From a virus (lineage: Duplodnaviria > Heunggongvirae > Uroviricota > Caudoviricetes), in the IMG/VR virus record IMGVR_UViG_3300016472_000494: 64,000 nucleotides of DNA, one strand, 5' to 3'. Positions 46,318 through 53,544 of this stretch are shown here, one piece after another (within the stretch, counting starts at the first letter, position 1; the number at the start of each line of letters is the position of its first letter). Position numbers and translations under genes: made by a program. The notes beneath the pieces were generated by a model, which saw only the letters and a list, made by a program, of their open reading frames with translations, was not told the origin of the DNA and did no database searches.

Positions 46318-46400
46318 GGGGGGGTTGAAGGTTGTCTGTACTAAGTCTGTTCTCAGAGTTGTACTCAAAGGGGGTTTGAGGGTTGTGTTGAGGGTTGTAC
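46318..46400. repeat. G-rich degenerate tandem repeats GGGTTGA(A/G)GGTTGT upstream of paralogue 1
   Basis: ggggttgaaggttgt (46321-46335), gggtttgagggttgt (46371-46385), gttgagggttgt (46386-46397); similar ggggggttgcaggttgcag at 47089-47107 upstream of paralogue 2 and gggggttgaaggttgg at 47736-47751. Confidence 0.55.
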
Positions 46401-46539
46401 TTAAGAAAAAAAACAGACGCCCTCGTGAATTGTGAGCAGACACCAGAGCACTTTCTTCACTTGTGGTTTAGAAAAAACTGACCTGACTTGCACCAAGGCT
46501 GGGAGACGAATCTCCCAACCTGGTGTGTCAAGTTCAGCG

Positions 46540-47040
46540 TTACGCAGGCAGTGTGGCACTGTTTGCGTTGACAGCTGCGCGGAACTCTGCGACCTCACTG
46601 ACATTGTCGTGGGCTACAGAGATATCAGCCTGCGTGCCAGAGGCATCGTAGTCTGAGAAACGCAGAATGCGCTGACCGTTTTTGGTGAGCGCAACGCCGT
46701 CTTTGCCTGCGCGTTTCAGGAACGGCTGAACAGCCTGCTCGTAAGAGAGGTTCTTGTTCAGGCGCGTAGCATAGTTTTCAGGGAGTTCGTCTTCAAGGAA
46801 CTCGCGAACAACAATGCGTCCTGGCAGCGTGAGCGTTTTGCCGTGCTGTGCTACAAAGCTCTCCAAGACAGAGGTCTTAGCGCGTAGCAAAGCACTGCGG
46901 CGTTTTTCCTCCAACCAGCCGCCGTCGCGCTGAATCATTTCAACAGACTGCAGTTGGAGGTAGCTGTAGTCTGGGTTGCTGTTAAACGGTGTGATAAGAG
47001 CACCTGTCTGAGCATTGGGGGTGATTTGAACTTTGTTCAT
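46540..47040 (-). CDS. hypothetical protein, paralogue 2 of the tandem pair
   Basis: 166 aa; MNKVQITPNAQTGALITPF...; shared blocks LLRAK, TL(S/T)LPG(H/R)IV(I/V)(K/R)E(Y/F)LE, KRAG(Q/K)DG. Confidence 0.5.
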   Translation of the reverse strand: MNKVQITPNAQTGALITPFNSNPDYSYLQLQSVEMIQRDGGWLEEKRRSALLRAKTSVLESFVAQHGKTLTLPGRIVVREFLEDELPENYATRLNKNLSYEQAVQPFLKRAGKDGVALTKNGQRILRFSDYDASGTQADISVAHDNVSEVAEFRAAVNANSATLPA

Positions 47041-47130
47041 GGTAGTTTGGATTTGGGTTTAGTGAAACAAAATGAACTGAATGAAAAGGGGGGTTGCAGG
47101 TTGCAGTGAGCCACAAAGGCTGTGAGAGGA

Positions 47131-47358
47131 CTAATCCTCCCACAACCATGTGCCTACAGATACCAGAAAGCCTATGAACATAAGTAAACTCATGAACCAC
47201 ATAGGTGCTGCGTCGCTGACGTCTGCAAATGTCACGCTGCTGCTAAGCATGCTGATAGCGCCTGCAAGGAACGCATGCCAGATAACTGTCATAGTACCTG
47301 CAACGAGTAGCCATGCAAGTACCTGGGCAGGCATGACGAAATTTTTGATCTTGTACAT
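47131..47358 (-). CDS. small membrane protein (2-3 TM)
   Basis: 75 aa, hydrophobic. Confidence 0.35.
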   Translation of the reverse strand: MYKIKNFVMPAQVLAWLLVAGTMTVIWHAFLAGAISMLSSSVTFADVSDAAPMWFMSLLMFIGFLVSVGTWLWED

Positions 47359-47586
47359 GAGAATTGGGTTTATTGGTTAATGGTGTATCAGTGTGGTTTC
47401 ACATCTTAGATATTTTACAAGAGTTAAGCCTTGATATAAATCTGGTTTCCTCAAAACTAAGAAGTCTTCATACCCAAAGGTTAGTGCAAAGAGAAATTTG
47501 ATTAACTAGACGAGTCTGCTATCGTCCACCTACGTTTTAGTGCAACCTTTCTTGAGGTGTAGTTTCGGTTAATCAAATGAGTTATC

Positions 47587-47730
47587 TCTTTGCACTTAGT
47601 TGTAAGTCTGCCTGGCAAATATTATTACAGTTTAAATCGTGATCTGATTAGTACACGAAGGCTGTAAACCAGGTATTTCTTACAACTGTCAGCCCTTGGG
47701 AAGCTGAAATGGTGCATTAAAATTGGTTGA
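47587..47730 (+). repeat. composite structured repeat, unit C
   Basis: left arm ctctttgcacttagttgtaag 47587-47607; right ttacaactg 47680-47688; hairpin tcagc-ccttgggaa-gctga 47689-47707; tail aatggtgcattaaaattggttga 47708-47730. Confidence 0.65.
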
Positions 47731-47832
47731 ACACCAATGGGGGTTGAAGGTTGGTCAAACGCTTTAAAGACCAAGAGAGACGCTCCTGTGCAGAGCGTCC
47801 CTCCTGTGTCTGCGTTGCAGGTTGGATAACTT

Positions 47833-48036
47833 TTATCCATTGACATTCACGCAGTAGTCTCTGAAGTAAGCAATGGCTTCCTTCATAGTCTTAGCAATGA
47901 TGTCGTGTCCTGCAATGTGCCATGTTTGATACATAGTGCAAAGGATTTGACCTGCATCACCAGGGGGGTCAAGGGTTGCTGTGTTTGGTGGGGGGATGGT
48001 TGTCATAGGGACTCCTCCCACTCTCATCCTCATCAC
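47833..48036 (-). CDS. small hypothetical protein
   Basis: 67 aa. Confidence 0.25.
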   Translation of the reverse strand: MMRMRVGGVPMTTIPPPNTATLDPPGDAGQILCTMYQTWHIAGHDIIAKTMKEAIAYFRDYCVNVNG

Positions 48037-48160
48037 GTTTTTGCACCCGTGTGGTCAGCAGTTCAGTCAGTATGTTCCTGTGTCAGCTCTCTCTCCCTAG
48101 TGTTTGTTCTCTCTCTCTTTATAGGAGAAGTATGAGAGCGCCCGATTTTTATGCAGTGCG

Positions 48161-48192
48161 CCCAAAAATGCAAAAACCCCCAGGGGGGTACC
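48161..48192 (-). terminator. candidate terminator downstream of gene 48227..48439
   Basis: on the minus strand a C5/G6 hairpin (48177-48188) is followed by TTTTTGCATTTTT. Confidence 0.35.
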
Positions 48193-48226
48193 TGAGGGTT
48201 GCTTAGAGGGAGGGGGATGTTTTTTG

Positions 48227-48439
48227 TCAGTTACTGGTAGTCATCATGACGTCTTTCTCTGCTGAGATTTCCACCTCATAGTGCCAGGTTTCTTCTGTTT
48301 CTTGGCAGAGTCTGTACATGATTGGTGCTGTGCTGTCACCTGCCAGTTGCATGGCGTTGACTAGCCTAGGTAGCTGCATGGTGTCAGACTTTAGATAGAC
48401 AATCTGGCCAAAGTCAAAGTTGTTGTGTAAACGTATCAT
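48227..48439 (-). CDS. small hypothetical protein
   Basis: 70 aa. Confidence 0.35.
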   Translation of the reverse strand: MIRLHNNFDFGQIVYLKSDTMQLPRLVNAMQLAGDSTAPIMYRLCQETEETWHYEVEISAEKDVMMTTSN

Positions 48440-48456
48440 AGTATCTGTCAGGTTGG

Positions 48457-49104
48457 TTAGTTGTACTCAAAGTCAAGGATCTTTCCCACCAGGTCAGAGC
48501 GGTGGTTCTCTTTAAGCTTGATCCACTTGATCTCAGGGATCTTCTTGCTCAGCTCTATAGCATAGGACAGCCCATTGTAATCGTCTCTGATGTCTTTTTG
48601 CTCATTGTCACCATTGACAATAATCTTGCCTGTTTTGCCCAGGCGTGTCAGAATGGCCAGCATCTGCGCCTTGCTCAGGTTCTGTGCTTCTTCTACTACC
48701 AAGACATCGTCAATAGTCTTTCCTCTAATGAACTGCACAGGATAGGCCACGATCTGTTTGTTTTTGACCATCTCCTGTATCTTGGCTTTCTCATAGCACT
48801 TTTCCAGGTTCTCTACAAAAGCTTCTAGGTAAGGGTTGAACTTCTCGTCCAGTGACCCTGGTAGCAAGCCCATGGTGGCACCCACCTCAATGGTGGCGCG
48901 CGTCACATAGATGTTGTCACACTCTTTTTTGAATAAGAAGTCCAGGGCTGTTTGTGCAGAGACTAATGACTTGCCTGAACCTGCGCGCCCTGTGACAATC
49001 ACTATCTGGTTCTCTCTTATTAAACGCTTGGCATCTCTTTGCTCTTCGTTAAGCTCTACTAAATACTTGATTTCTGTCTTGCGTGATCTACTGGCGTCTC
49101 TCAT
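48457..49104 (-). CDS. phoH: PhoH-like ATPase
   Basis: 215 aa; Walker A VTGRAGSGKS, Walker B VVEEAQN, overall PhoH layout. Confidence 0.7.
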   Translation of the reverse strand: MRDASRSRKTEIKYLVELNEEQRDAKRLIRENQIVIVTGRAGSGKSLVSAQTALDFLFKKECDNIYVTRATIEVGATMGLLPGSLDEKFNPYLEAFVENLEKCYEKAKIQEMVKNKQIVAYPVQFIRGKTIDDVLVVEEAQNLSKAQMLAILTRLGKTGKIIVNGDNEQKDIRDDYNGLSYAIELSKKIPEIKWIKLKENHRSDLVGKILDFEYN

Positions 49105-49116
49105 AGTGGGGGGTCA

Positions 49117-49380
49117 CTATAAGTTAATAATAAAATCTGTAAGTATATCACTTGTGAATAACCCAAGCAGACTACCTGTGGTAGCGCCTAAAGAGTACAA
49201 CACCCTATCAGTTATGGTGCCAAAGACAATCTTCTTGATGTTGTAAGACCAGACCATAGAGATCATAAATGCTGCAAAGAAAACCCCTACATAGAGCTCT
49301 TTGCTTAAAAAGACTGTGTTAATGGCCACAAAGTAGACCTGCACCACGCCGGTCATGAACAGTTTCATCCAGGTTTTCAT
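49117..49380 (-). CDS. small membrane protein
   Basis: 87 aa, three hydrophobic helices. Confidence 0.4.
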   Translation of the reverse strand: MKTWMKLFMTGVVQVYFVAINTVFLSKELYVGVFFAAFMISMVWSYNIKKIVFGTITDRVLYSLGATTGSLLGLFTSDILTDFIINL

Positions 49381-49841
49381 TTTCTTCTTGGCAGCCAGAC
49401 CACATCAAGCTCTTGTTTAGGGATATTAAACTCAATGCGTTTTTCAGCACAGCTTTTACAGCAGGTTACAATCCAGCCTTTGGTCCAGGTGCCTACATTA
49501 TCTGTTGACCCACAGGTCTCACAGGTGTTTTCAGACTCATCTTCTGCAGCTTCTATCGCATCCCAGTTCTTATCTAGTGTTCCACCCAAAGGATAGAATC
49601 TCAAGCTGCCATACTTTTCTTTGATGTCAGAAACCTTTGTCACAACCTTGGTTCCATTTTCAAGGTTGTACTGGTCGTCGTTTTCCTTTATGGTAGTGAC
49701 CAGGCGCTTTATGATAGGATACCAACCCAAGTCTACACCCAGACCTGCTGACCAGGGGGTGTAGTTGGGATCTGTGCCCTGGAACATTTCAGGGTAGATC
49801 TTAATGATCTCAGCTGTTAGTCGCTTGGTTTCTGTTTCCAT
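49377..49841 (-). CDS. hypothetical protein with C-terminal zinc ribbon
   Basis: 154 aa; CETCG...CCKSC. Confidence 0.45.
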   Translation of the reverse strand: METETKRLTAEIIKIYPEMFQGTDPNYTPWSAGLGVDLGWYPIIKRLVTTIKENDDQYNLENGTKVVTKVSDIKEKYGSLRFYPLGGTLDKNWDAIEAAEDESENTCETCGSTDNVGTWTKGWIVTCCKSCAEKRIEFNIPKQELDVVWLPRRK

Positions 49842-50263
49842 TGCAGTAGGTAATTAGAGTTTTTGGTAGAAAATCTTATGGAGTCGGGGTTCTGTTCAGT
49901 GATTTTGACAATTTGGGTGGTCATCCAGGTAAAGAACCTGCCGTACTGAGGGTCCAGAATCAAAGATCTCCCTTCAGCTGCCTGGTCATGACCTTTTTCA
50001 AAGGTACCGTCTTCTTTCCATTCAATGAACTTGATCTCTTTTGCAGTCAGTGTCAGGCCATCTTCTGCGCGAACCAACATATAGTCAGGTACTTCTATAC
50101 TAGGTTTGCACTCTTCACAGTATTGTGGTCCTATGACACCTTCTCCTTGGGATGCTGCTAGTTCATCTAAAGTGAACTCATGACCTTTTTTTACAATCTT
50201 TCTACAATTAGAGCACAGCAGCGCCATTTTGCCGCCATTGAACTTAAAGAGGGCCTTTTTCAT
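49817..50263 (-). CDS. hypothetical protein with N-terminal zinc ribbon
   Basis: 148 aa; CSNC...CEEC. Confidence 0.45.
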   Translation of the reverse strand: MKKALFKFNGGKMALLCSNCRKIVKKGHEFTLDELAASQGEGVIGPQYCEECKPSIEVPDYMLVRAEDGLTLTAKEIKFIEWKEDGTFEKGHDQAAEGRSLILDPQYGRFFTWMTTQIVKITEQNPDSIRFSTKNSNYLLQWKQKPSD

Positions 50264-50745
50264 TTCCAGTGATTGTTGTCTTTTTCAAAGTAAAACTCTA
50301 ATGGTTCAACGTTGTGGTCATAGTAAAAACCTACCACATCGCTTTGAAACTTGCTGTGTACGTTCTCAAACAAAGCTGCTGTGACTACTTTAAAGCCCAT
50401 GTCAATAAGGTGGTTGGCAAAAAAGTTATAGTTACCACCGGTGATTACCCCTGCTTCTACCAGGACTACTGTCTCAAAAGGAAAAAACTCAAAGCAGGTG
50501 CGGTTGGCAAACTGCTTGCAGTAAGGTTCAGGATCCTCGTCAGGATAAGGCACCTCCACACACACTATGTCCAACATTTCTCCTCCCTGGCTCAAATGGT
50601 GCGCTATGTGCATGGCTGCTGTAGCGCTGTAGTCTGGACTGACCATGGCTACTGCCGCTTTGCCTGGCACCAGACCTTCTTTGTTTTGAAGCATCTGGCA
50701 GACTTTGACCAGGGCATCCCATTCTTTTTCTCTGGTGACGTACAT
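50260..50745 (-). CDS. hypothetical protein (weak phosphoribosyltransferase-like block)
   Basis: 161 aa; TVVLVEAGVITGG resembles a PRTase PRPP loop, but this is weak. Confidence 0.3.
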   Translation of the reverse strand: MYVTREKEWDALVKVCQMLQNKEGLVPGKAAVAMVSPDYSATAAMHIAHHLSQGGEMLDIVCVEVPYPDEDPEPYCKQFANRTCFEFFPFETVVLVEAGVITGGNYNFFANHLIDMGFKVVTAALFENVHSKFQSDVVGFYYDHNVEPLEFYFEKDNNHWK

Positions 50746-50754
50746 AAATCAAGT

Positions 50755-51129
50755 TTATTTAAGGTGGTTTTTTTGCAGGTACTGGTACAAGGAGCGCACA
50801 GAATAACAGATAGGTTTTCCTTTACTGTCATGCGCTCCATAACCATCGTGTTCTTCAGAAACAACCATGTTTCCTTCATTGTCCAGATGGTACAAAGGCC
50901 CCTTCCACTTTTTCTTGCCCCACTCGTTCTCATAGATAAACCAGCTGATCCACTCTAAACCTTCCTCTGTGTAGTAGCAGCCCATGGAACGCATTAGCAT
51001 CTCTTCAAGGACGCTGCTCAGCTCATAAGGACTTTCTATAAGATCCATGCCTATTTTATCTAAAGCCCTAATGTTCTCAGTGCCCTTTTTATAGATGAGC
51101 AAAATGCTCTTAAAGTTTTGATATTGCAT
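50755..51129 (-). CDS. hypothetical protein
   Basis: 124 aa; last gene of the long minus block. Confidence 0.45.
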   Translation of the reverse strand: MQYQNFKSILLIYKKGTENIRALDKIGMDLIESPYELSSVLEEMLMRSMGCYYTEEGLEWISWFIYENEWGKKKWKGPLYHLDNEGNMVVSEEHDGYGAHDSKGKPICYSVRSLYQYLQKNHLK

Positions 51130-51145
51130 GATGTGGAATAACTTC

Positions 51146-51215
51146 TCTACAAATATACAGACAAATTTGTAGAAGTTAAACTTTTGAAGTATATTTGTAG
51201 TGTAGAAACTCTATA
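51146..51215. promoter_or_regulatory. divergent promoter region with palindrome TCTACAAAT-N9-ATTTGTAGA and repeated TATATTTG -7 boxes
   Basis: palindrome 51146-51173; plus-strand tatatttg at 51190-51197 upstream of the ATG at 51236; minus-strand tatatttg upstream of the ATG at 51129. Confidence 0.45.
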
Positions 51216-51235
51216 AAATGTAAACCCTAACTCCT

Positions 51236-51457
51236 ATGTCACAAAACCAAAAAGACAGAGAACCCACCAAAGAAGAGGTAATTGCCTGGTACAAAGAGCA
51301 AATTGAGCTGGCAAAGCTGCGCCATGAGCTTGCAGAACTTCAGAGCAAAGCTGTACAGGAAGAGGCCAAGCGCCTGCAGGCTATGGCAATCATTGCTCAA
51401 TTCAAGACTCCTCTAAACAGCAACGAGGATGATGCAGAGTCTGAAAACGCACACTGA
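51236..51457 (+). CDS. hypothetical coiled-coil protein
   Basis: 73 aa. Confidence 0.4.
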   Translation: MSQNQKDREPTKEEVIAWYKEQIELAKLRHELAELQSKAVQEEAKRLQAMAIIAQFKTPLNSNEDDAESENAH

Positions 51458-51527
51458 AAAACCAAATAGCAGAAGTTTAACCCCCTTAGATTAAACTTCT
51501 CAGATTTCCATGTTCCTTGAAAACCTA

Positions 51528-51600
51528 GCCACTTTAGCTCAGATGGTAGAGCGACTGATTTGTAATCAGTAGGTCGTGGGTTCAATTCCTACAAGTGGCT
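51528..51600 (+). tRNA. tRNA-Thr (anticodon UGU)
   Basis: 73 nt; acceptor GCCACUU/AAGUGGC, D-arm GCUC-AGAUGGUA-GAGC, anticodon arm ACUGA-UUUGUAA-UCAGU, T-arm GUGGG-UUCAAUU-CCUAC, discriminator U; CCA not encoded. Confidence 0.85.
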
Positions 51601-51629
51601 CTAATTTTTCTTAAACCAACTCCAACCCT

Positions 51630-51920
51630 ATGTCAAAACCCTTTAAAACACTACTTGGAACCAGGATCTTGTTAAACAAACCTGACAAACCAGAGTCTGT
51701 CATTCAGCTTTCACCGGAAGCAGAAGCTGAACTAGAACGTGAAATGATGCAAAAGTGGACTATGCTGGAAGTTTTTGCTACAGGTGATGAAGTCACGCAT
51801 GTAGTTCCTGGCGACAAAGTCTATGTTCCCACCCAATACTTGCAGCATGCAGATGTAGTACAGTTAGATGACAGCATAAAACTCATGATTGCAGAGCGCG
51901 ACATTGCCATTGTATGGTAA
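51630..51920 (+). CDS. GroES / T4 gp31-like co-chaperonin (tentative)
   Basis: 96 aa; pattern RILL(N)KP...V..LS...(mobile-loop-sized insert)...ATGDEV...V.PGDKVYV......DD.IKLMIAERDIAIV resembles the GroES fold layout. Confidence 0.4.
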   Translation: MSKPFKTLLGTRILLNKPDKPESVIQLSPEAEAELEREMMQKWTMLEVFATGDEVTHVVPGDKVYVPTQYLQHADVVQLDDSIKLMIAERDIAIVW

Positions 51921-51953
51921 TTTTTTGTTTAACCCTCAACCCTCCAAAAACCA

Positions 51954-52211
51954 ATGCTTAGATTTTTAATCAACCTGTTCAAAGGCAGTTCCACTTTGGC
52001 CACCCTTGAGCGCAAAAAACATAACATCCTGAGCACTTTTTACAAGATGTCCACAGAGCTAACCGCATTGCATAAAGAGCAGATTATCGCCATTGAAAAT
52101 CTGCAAGTAAAACTTGATGAACTAGAAAATGAAAAAGATGAAGTAGAGCGGATGGCTCTTAGCACAGAAAAAACTGTTGCTCAGATCTCAAAGATCATAG
52201 GACAATCTTGA
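51954..52211 (+). CDS. hypothetical coiled-coil protein
   Basis: 85 aa. Confidence 0.4.
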   Translation: MLRFLINLFKGSSTLATLERKKHNILSTFYKMSTELTALHKEQIIAIENLQVKLDELENEKDEVERMALSTEKTVAQISKIIGQS

Positions 52212-52217
52212 CAACCA

Positions 52218-52292
52218 TGCGGGCAGCCCTGGTGGCAGTCGTGGCTCATAACCACAGATGTGTGGCAGGTTCGACCCCTGCGCCCGCTACCA
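52218..52292 (+). tRNA. tRNA-Met/Ile2-like (anticodon CAU), noncanonical: compact D-arm and U1-U72 mismatch, CCA encoded
   Basis: anticodon loop CUCAUAA (CAT at 52247-52249), T-arm GCAGG-UUCGACC-CCUGC, acceptor 3' strand GCCCGCU, discriminator A, CCA at 52290-52292; D-region only ~15 nt (3-bp stem GCC/GGC). Confidence 0.5.
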
Positions 52293-52294
52293 AA

Positions 52295-52328
52295 GTCCAG
52301 TTTTTAACTCAAAAAACTGGACATTTTA
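52295..52328 (+). terminator. strong rho-independent terminator after the tRNA/small-gene cluster
   Basis: 11-bp stem gtccagttttt(52295-52305)/aaaaactggac(52312-52322), loop aactca, then atttta. Confidence 0.65.
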
Positions 52329-52483
52329 CAACATAAGTGCCTGTACCTCACACTGATGTAAGCGTAGAAAAGCATGTCCTGGCAGTATGGTGGAACTGCA
52401 GCCCACACTCTCGCAAGGGTGTGTAAAGCGGGGGAATGTTCAGGTGAAACTCCTGAGTGTATGGTATCTAATCTTGAAAAACC

Positions 52484-52879
52484 ATGGAAGTAAACAAAGT
52501 TCAAAAAAAAATCAGGGTCACACCTTACGACCTTGTCAAATACCAGATAATTACCAATTTTATCTTCTTTAAGAAAGAACACCTGATTCCTTCAGACATA
52601 GAGATTCTTACAATGCTTGCTCTTTGGGGGCCTGTTGAGCTGAGTAAATTTTGCAATGCTGCTGCAAGAAGACTTTATGGATCTGTAGAACTTGAAGAGT
52701 TTTCTGTGAGAGCGCAACACGTGCGCAATCGCATTTCTAAGCTTGAAAAGCGCAAGATTGTGGTAAAGAGCAAGGATAATAAGAAGCTGATACAAATTAC
52801 ACCCAGCATTGATATCTACCGTAAAGGAAACATTTTACTAGATTATAACCTATTGTCCATTGAATCCAGCAAAGCGTAA
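52484..52879 (+). CDS. hypothetical protein (position compatible with small terminase / DNA-binding protein)
   Basis: 131 aa, first gene of the packaging-module string; no motif. Confidence 0.35.
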   Translation: MEVNKVQKKIRVTPYDLVKYQIITNFIFFKKEHLIPSDIEILTMLALWGPVELSKFCNAAARRLYGSVELEEFSVRAQHVRNRISKLEKRKIVVKSKDNKKLIQITPSIDIYRKGNILLDYNLLSIESSKA

Positions 52880-53258
52880 AGAGTTGTCTTTGCTTACAGC
52901 AAAGAAACTTGACAGAAATTTTCAAGAGGTTGATGACATTGTTGCTTTCTTCTATCGCTATGTGCAAAAACGTCTCAGCAGCGTGGAAAGCATTGCTGTA
53001 AATGTTCCCAATTTGGGAACTTTTGTGCTTAAAAAAAGAAGGGTTCAAAAAAAGATTGAGCGCCACAAAAACTTTATAGACAGTCTTGATGAGACTGCTT
53101 CTATAAAAGCTTTTGAGATTAAGCAGGATGTTAAAAAAGACATTGAAAAATATGAAGCCATCTTAGATATGATGGACCAGGAAGAAGAAAGAAAACTTAA
53201 AGTGCAAACCTTAAAAGAAAAACACCATGCTAATCAAGTTGTGGAAGGATCGCAATAA
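52860..53258 (+). CDS. hypothetical protein
   Basis: 132 aa, Lys/Glu-rich. Confidence 0.4.
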   Translation: MNPAKRKELSLLTAKKLDRNFQEVDDIVAFFYRYVQKRLSSVESIAVNVPNLGTFVLKKRRVQKKIERHKNFIDSLDETASIKAFEIKQDVKKDIEKYEAILDMMDQEEERKLKVQTLKEKHHANQVVEGSQ

Positions 53259-53544
53259 AATTTTAGAAGGAGTCGCCAACAGCGTTTTTAAGACAGAACA
53301 TGTTGAGGAGATTCATGATCACCGCATGGCCATATGCCAGAGTTGTCCATTTTTGCAATCAAAAGGCCAAAAGAACTGCGTTGCACCTGGCACTCATCCA
53401 TGCTGTCCTCAGTGTGGGTGTTCTTTGAAATTTAAGTTGCGTTCTCTCACATCTTCATGCCCTGAGGGCTATTGGGATGCTGTCCTCACGCAGGATGAAG
53501 AGGATGCTGTAAAGAAAAGTATTGATAACCAAAACCCCCTATGA
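53227..53544 (+). CDS. Cys-rich hypothetical protein
   Basis: 105 aa; CQSCPF...CVAPGTHPCCPQCGC...SCPEG. Confidence 0.4.
   Translation: MLIKLWKDRNKILEGVANSVFKTEHVEEIHDHRMAICQSCPFLQSKGQKNCVAPGTHPCCPQCGCSLKFKLRSLTSSCPEGYWDAVLTQDEEDAVKKSIDNQNPL

Noticed and set aside
41990-47800. CRISPR array as an explanation for the dispersed CCCTCTGCACTCAGTTGTAA repeats
   Set aside because: Copies are not identical, spacing is irregular (about 120 to 1260 bp), several are in inverted orientation pairing with each other, and no cas genes are present. The features fit a MITE-like or structured-RNA family, not a CRISPR locus.
50314-50958. 214-aa + strand ORF
   Set aside because: Lies antisense across two co-directional minus genes (50260..50745 and 50755..51129) in a long uninterrupted minus block; Arg/His-rich shadow-frame composition.
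52304-52582. 92-aa minus-strand ORF
   Set aside because: Overlaps the + strand gene 52484..52879 and the tRNA terminator, in a region where all supported genes are on the + strand.
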